Assembly: GCA_907165135.1 (NCBI GenBank)
Contig: OU015567.1
Location: 7,936,001 to 8,000,000, forward strand
Source of the DNA: Oikopleura dioica
Lineage: Eukaryota; Animalia; Chordata
DNA: 64,000 bases
Direction of reading: 5' to 3'
Shown here: positions 59,373 to 64,000 of the stretch, in pieces
Position numbering within the stretch: position 1 is the stretch's first letter
Layout of the letters: the number at the start of each line of letters is the position of its first letter
Notes under the pieces: model-generated
Told to the model about the DNA's origin: nothing
The model's input: only the letters and a program-made list of their open reading frames with translations
Databases searched by the model: none
Translations under genes and position numbers: made by a program

Positions 59373-61212
59373 TCAGTACCAAACACGATTTTTCTGCGCG
59401 TCGTCATATTTGACAGCTGCCCTTTCCAATTCATTAGACTCGTTCATCTGTTTTCTGCGTTTGCGAGAGCGCGGAACGTATTCACTTAATAATTGCTCAT
59501 TAACTTTGTTTTCCAAATCCAATCAATCTTACCGTCGGTTGACATTGGGCTTTTCTGGTCCAACTTCTCCCTCTCCAGTAGCATCGTTGTACCAGGCGAG
59601 GGCGACTGGGTCGCGATCTTGGCCGATATTTTTCATGCCAGGGAAAGCTTTGCTGCCTAATCTCTTGGTCTTCTTAACTTCGCCGGCTTCTTTTCGAGCG
59701 GCGATTTCATTTGCACGCTCTAATTTCGCCTTGGTAGCTTCTAGTTTTTTCAAAGCTTTCTTCTCTTCTCGTTGAGCTAGCTAAAAGAATACAGGTTAAA
59801 TAAAGCTATATTCCCGTTAGGATTGATGAAATCCCAGGACATCCTAACCTGTTCTTGAGCTGCTTTACACATTCCCGGTCCCCAGCAGTAGCGATCGAAG
59901 TTGTAAAACTCTCGAATACGCTCCGCCTCGCTTTGCTCCAAAAACGCCTTTTGCATTTCTCCATCCAACATTCCACTTTGAAGAGTTTCCGGCAGCTCGG
60001 AAATGATATCGCTTGAGCGGCAAGCATCGCACGTTTCGCCTGGCTCGTGAACATGAAGAATGATGATTGTCGTGCCGACCTTTACCCTGTCCATGTGTCG
60101 CACTCTTTCACGATGCTTATAAATTTTGTAAACAAAAGTATTCATCAGTCAATCGAAAATCACCTCGGCGGGCTTTAATTGCCCATTGAGCTGTCCGAAC
60201 GCATTAAATTGGATTTCAAAATATGTCTCGGGATTCGGCTCCAAGCTCGGAATTGTGCGATGCTGAATAACCACGTGTCTAAATACGGGATCAGCGATAT
60301 TATTCTCGGATATTCTACAAGGCTGCATATCTATGATTCGTGATTAGTAGCGATCCTCTCCTAGGCTGGACATGATCTTCTTTTATTCGGATTTGTGCCT
60401 CCTGTCCAGATCCAATGATGCACCCAAGCTCTGTGATGATCGTCAGCTTACCAAGCTGAACCGTGTCGGATGCCATAATCATAGCTAAGAAAATATTCAT
60501 TAGAGCAGAGTCTGTCAAGTTTTCAATTGAAGGTAGTACTGTACTACCTCTAATATTCTCGCCATAATAGACTGGCTCGTCTCTTTCCTCTTCCTTCATC
60601 TTCAAGTCTTCCTCTGGCGGTGGCGGTGGAGGCTCGAGGGAAGTGAAATCAATCAGACTGTAGGGATCAGCAACTTTTCTACTGGCCAAATCTGCCTTTT
60701 GCTCCTCGGTCGGTTCATCTTCTCCACTTTCTAATTTTGAAAAGTGAGTTTTTGGCAGTCCGCTTACTCTACCTTTTTAGACTCAAAAGTACTCTCTAGT
60801 AATAGAAGTTGCTTTTTTATGAAGAGATAATTTTTCTCTTTTTCAATTTGGGTTTTTCAAGTACCGTTTTCATCATCTGACTCTTCAGATAGAATTTTAT
60901 TGTCATAAGCTGGATCCGTATGCGTTTCGATCAGTTCGCCGGCTTCTGTCTTGCGATAATACTTGTCAACGGTTTTTAACTTGAAGAAATAAGAGATCAC
61001 GATTTTAGAATGTTCTAATATTTTAGTGCCAATTATGCTGCGATTACGTAACCGCGCCCCTTTCCGCTGCGCTTATCAAAATAACTTCTATCAGTTGGAT
61101 CGTAGTACAGATTGAGGTCAGGGTCAAAGTAGCGCTTGAGAACTGGGTCAAAGTTCAAGTTCGCCTGCCGCAAACCTTCCAGGGCTGCTGCATGCAGCTC
61201 TTCTTCCTTCAT
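59373..61212 (-). CDS. AGGF1-like protein (OCRE + FHA), multi-exon
   Basis: OCRE-like FDPDLNLYYDPTDRSYFD. FHA segment IIGSGQEAQIRI...HMDRVKVGTTIIILHVHEPGETCDAC. Confidence 0.65.
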
Positions 61213-61421
61213 TCTGAATGAAAAAATATCTTTATATCTGCATATAGACTGCTCAAATGCCCTTTTTCAAAGTAGCAAGAAGGTTACAACTATTTGTGCT
61301 TGCTTTCCGGGCTATTGCATTTATTTTATTAAAAGGGCTAAGTAAAGGTAAGTTAAATGTTTGTTGGATGTGAAAGGTAAGAGTGAAAGAGATTGATATT
61401 GCACGGTTATGTCAGCATTCT

Positions 61422-62841
61422 TTAGTTGTTTTTCTTCGCTGGAGAAACATCTCGGTGATAAAGGATCGCGAAGGACATGAGCGTGACTCCAAGCATCATT
61501 GAGAAGGAAGAGAAGTAATAGGGGTAAGCAGATGCAATGAAGCGCTCATACATATCGTGGCGAAGAGGGCGAACGGTGATCTAAAAATGCGGGTTCGAAA
61601 ACTGCGAAGAAAAGCTAGTAATTACCTGTTGCTTATGCTCGATATAGGTGTGGCCAAGCTTTGTCTGCCAAATGATAAAGTTAAACACGCCATAAGTATC
61701 TGGAACCTTGAAAGTGGCCCTGAACTTGCCTCCTCCTTCGTTCGCAAAGGGAATTCTAATGAAGGGGTCGAGTCGGTGGAAATCCAACCAGAGCTGGGGA
61801 AAGGTCAAACTTGTCGGCTCCCAGTTGTCATCAACATACTCCTCGACAAAGGCAACAACTTCAATTTCTTCGTTGATGTAGTAGAAGTCGTTTCGCGAGT
61901 TTTCCTTGTCCAAAAGTTTGTGTTGAAATCCACTGATTCGAAAAGTTCCAGAGTTGTTGGATCCCCAGGCAAAAACATGCATGGCAAGCTTGCTAACGGA
62001 GTTTTGATATCGAGCGTGCTCATTCTTATTGTTGTCCCAGTAGGTCACGAACTTTTGGCGAATAAGTTTGTTGGAGAACATTGATAGAGAGCTGGCGAAA
62101 ACGATTCGAGCGTTGTTTCGGAGCTGAATTCCGGCGAGGAGGGAGATGTCACGACCGACAGCCATTGGGTACTCGCTAATAGGCTCGTTGGGGAACCAGG
62201 AGTAGCAGTAGCTGTTGCATTTGACGATTGGAAAAGCGAGTGTATTTTTCTTGTCAATCTTCATTGCGACGGCGTTGTCAATTAGAAGACTAGCGTAGCC
62301 AGGAGGGCCGACAATGGGCTCACTTCCGCCGAGGAATGAATCCGAAGCTTTGAGGCTGAATCGGCTGTGGTCGTGCTGAAGCTGATCCCTTTCATAGTCG
62401 TAGTTCATATGGGACATCACTTTGGTGCCAGTCTCGTCGTATTCGATTCCAAACTCGGCTCCAAGCTCACGAATAGCATCACCAATGTTGGAAGAGGCAA
62501 AAACCATCAAGTTACCGCCGTTTTGAGTGAATTCAACAAAGGTTTTCGTTGTGACATCGCCGCCGAATTGCTCAGTCGATGGAGCCATGATAACCGCGTT
62601 TTGGTAAATATTCTTGCCGTATTTTACAAGATGAAGATCTGAAAGAATACGAGTGAATAGCAGAAAAAGAGCATTTGAAATTACCCGCATCATCAGCAAG
62701 TTTGTAATGAGTCTCAAACTTTCCATTGAGCTGGTTGAGAACGGAAGAGTACTGCTCCTTCATTCGGTCGTTTTCAAGGACGACGAGCATTTTCGCCCTG
62801 GCAGCAAATGCCGCCCCTAGCAGCAGCGCGTGAAGTATCAT
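61422..62841 (-). CDS. DDOST: Oligosaccharyltransferase 48-kDa subunit (Wbp1), 3 exons
   Basis: Signal peptide, [64 protein letters not shown]-terminal TM and KKNN. Confidence 0.95.
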
Positions 62842-62971
62842 TCTAAAATTTTATATTTGATATTTGCTTTCAAAAATGATCTATGAATCGAGTTGATAAA
62901 TGCGGCAGTGGATTTCTAAATGGTAAATTTTCCTAGTGTCTCTTTCTCGGAAACTATTTCCTTTGAATCAT

Positions 62972-64000
62972 CTATTTCTTCGCCTTCTCGCAGATGAGGA
63001 TCAACTTGGAGACGAGCCCGATGAGCTGAGTGAGCGAGGTGGTGCCTTCTATAATTCGCATATGGGAGAGCCCGATTTGTTTGATCCACTCAAGTTTGAT
63101 CAGTTCTGGACTTTTGTGGGTTTTGGAGACCCTGAAAGAATTGAAAATCAAGTTGATTCCGAGGCAAACCTGAATACTGTGGTGATGATATCTTCTGGCG
63201 CATAGCCGTAATTATAGAGCTGTCTGATGATGCCTGTCGCTTCATTGGTTTTTCTTTCCAGGCAAAAATCGAGCATTTTCGAAACCATCAGAGGATGTGG
63301 CTCGTCGCAGACTTTGAAAACATTTTCTGAGTTGACGACGCCCATGCCGGAGTGAGTCGCTAGAAATGAGTTTACTTTAGATTTATTTTTACTAAAAAGG
63401 AATTACCTTGAAGATTGTTGAGTGCTTGACGCATGTCGCCCTGTGCTGTGAATAAAATTGCTTCGAGCCCCTTTTGATCATGATCGACATTCTCGTCTTA
63501 AAATTTTTCGTGAAAAAAACGGAACCAACGAAGGAAGTTCTTACGTTTGATGACTTCAGTGATTCTTGTAAGCACTTGCACATCTGAAAGCTTCGAGTAG
63601 CGGAGCACAGCGCATCGCGATTGAATCGGCTCAATTATCTTTTCCGAATTGTTGCAGGCGAGGGCGAATCTCGTCGTCTTCGAGTAAATCTCCATTGTTC
63701 GCCGAAGAGCTTGCTGAGCTCCTTCTGTCATTGAGTCAGCCTCATCCAGGATGATGATTTTATGCTTTCCCGGCGGAAGAGTGCATTTTTTCTGCGCGAA
63801 CATTTTAATTCTAAAAATATTTTATACAAAACACATAAATCGTAGATCCTGACTTACTTGTTTCTTACAACGTCGATTCCTCGATCATTTGAAGCGTTCA
63901 ACTCGAGAACAGCATCATTAAAATTGTCGCCAAGCATTGTCCGAGCAAGGCACAATATTGACGTTGTTTTTCCACATCCAGGAGGTCCTTGAAAACAAAA
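62972..64000 (-). CDS. RFC2: Replication factor C subunit 2 (5' part outside window)
   Basis: [26 protein letters not shown]|[43 protein letters not shown]. Confidence 0.95.

Noticed and set aside
1-64000. tRNA, rRNA or snRNA genes
   Set aside because: No recognisable T-loop, 5S, U2 or U6 signature seen by eye. A covariance-model scan would be needed to exclude them.

Overview
This is eukaryotic DNA, very probably a larvacean tunicate (Oikopleura dioica or a relative). That is an inference from chordate-like housekeeping orthologues, 38-50 nt introns, CAG|GA...AG non-canonical introns and AG|AATG trans-splice-like starts. Bases 1 to about 6160 look like the right-hand part of a Maverick/Polinton-like endogenous virus. 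It carries an A32/FtsK-type packaging ATPase and several orphan genes, most of which need spliceosomal introns to stay in frame. Host genes follow: KLHL9/13, BSDC1, a TMEM223-like gene, TEKT2, BMPER-like, a lectin-like gene, a VWA gene, ARMC3, RBFOX, GTF2F2, EIF2S3, KLHL18, PSMB2, KCTD10, FAU, RPL4, LIAS, AGGF1-like, DDOST and RFC2. The TMEM223-like gene is interrupted by a complete 5657-bp hAT transposon with perfect 21-bp TIRs, an 8-bp TSD and an intact 4-exon transposase. Its ends would allow exact removal as a GT-AG intron. Other highlights, none recoverable intact from the ORF track: a candidate amidated neuropeptide precursor (FNPMMSF-G-KR); a 77-aa six-cysteine secreted peptide nested antisense in a LIAS intron; and a pre-miRNA-like hairpin in an RBFOX intron. 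A 424-aa intronless orphan (present in the track) is nested in a GTF2F2 intron. Gene models were spliced by eye; family names come from recalled motifs, not database searches.
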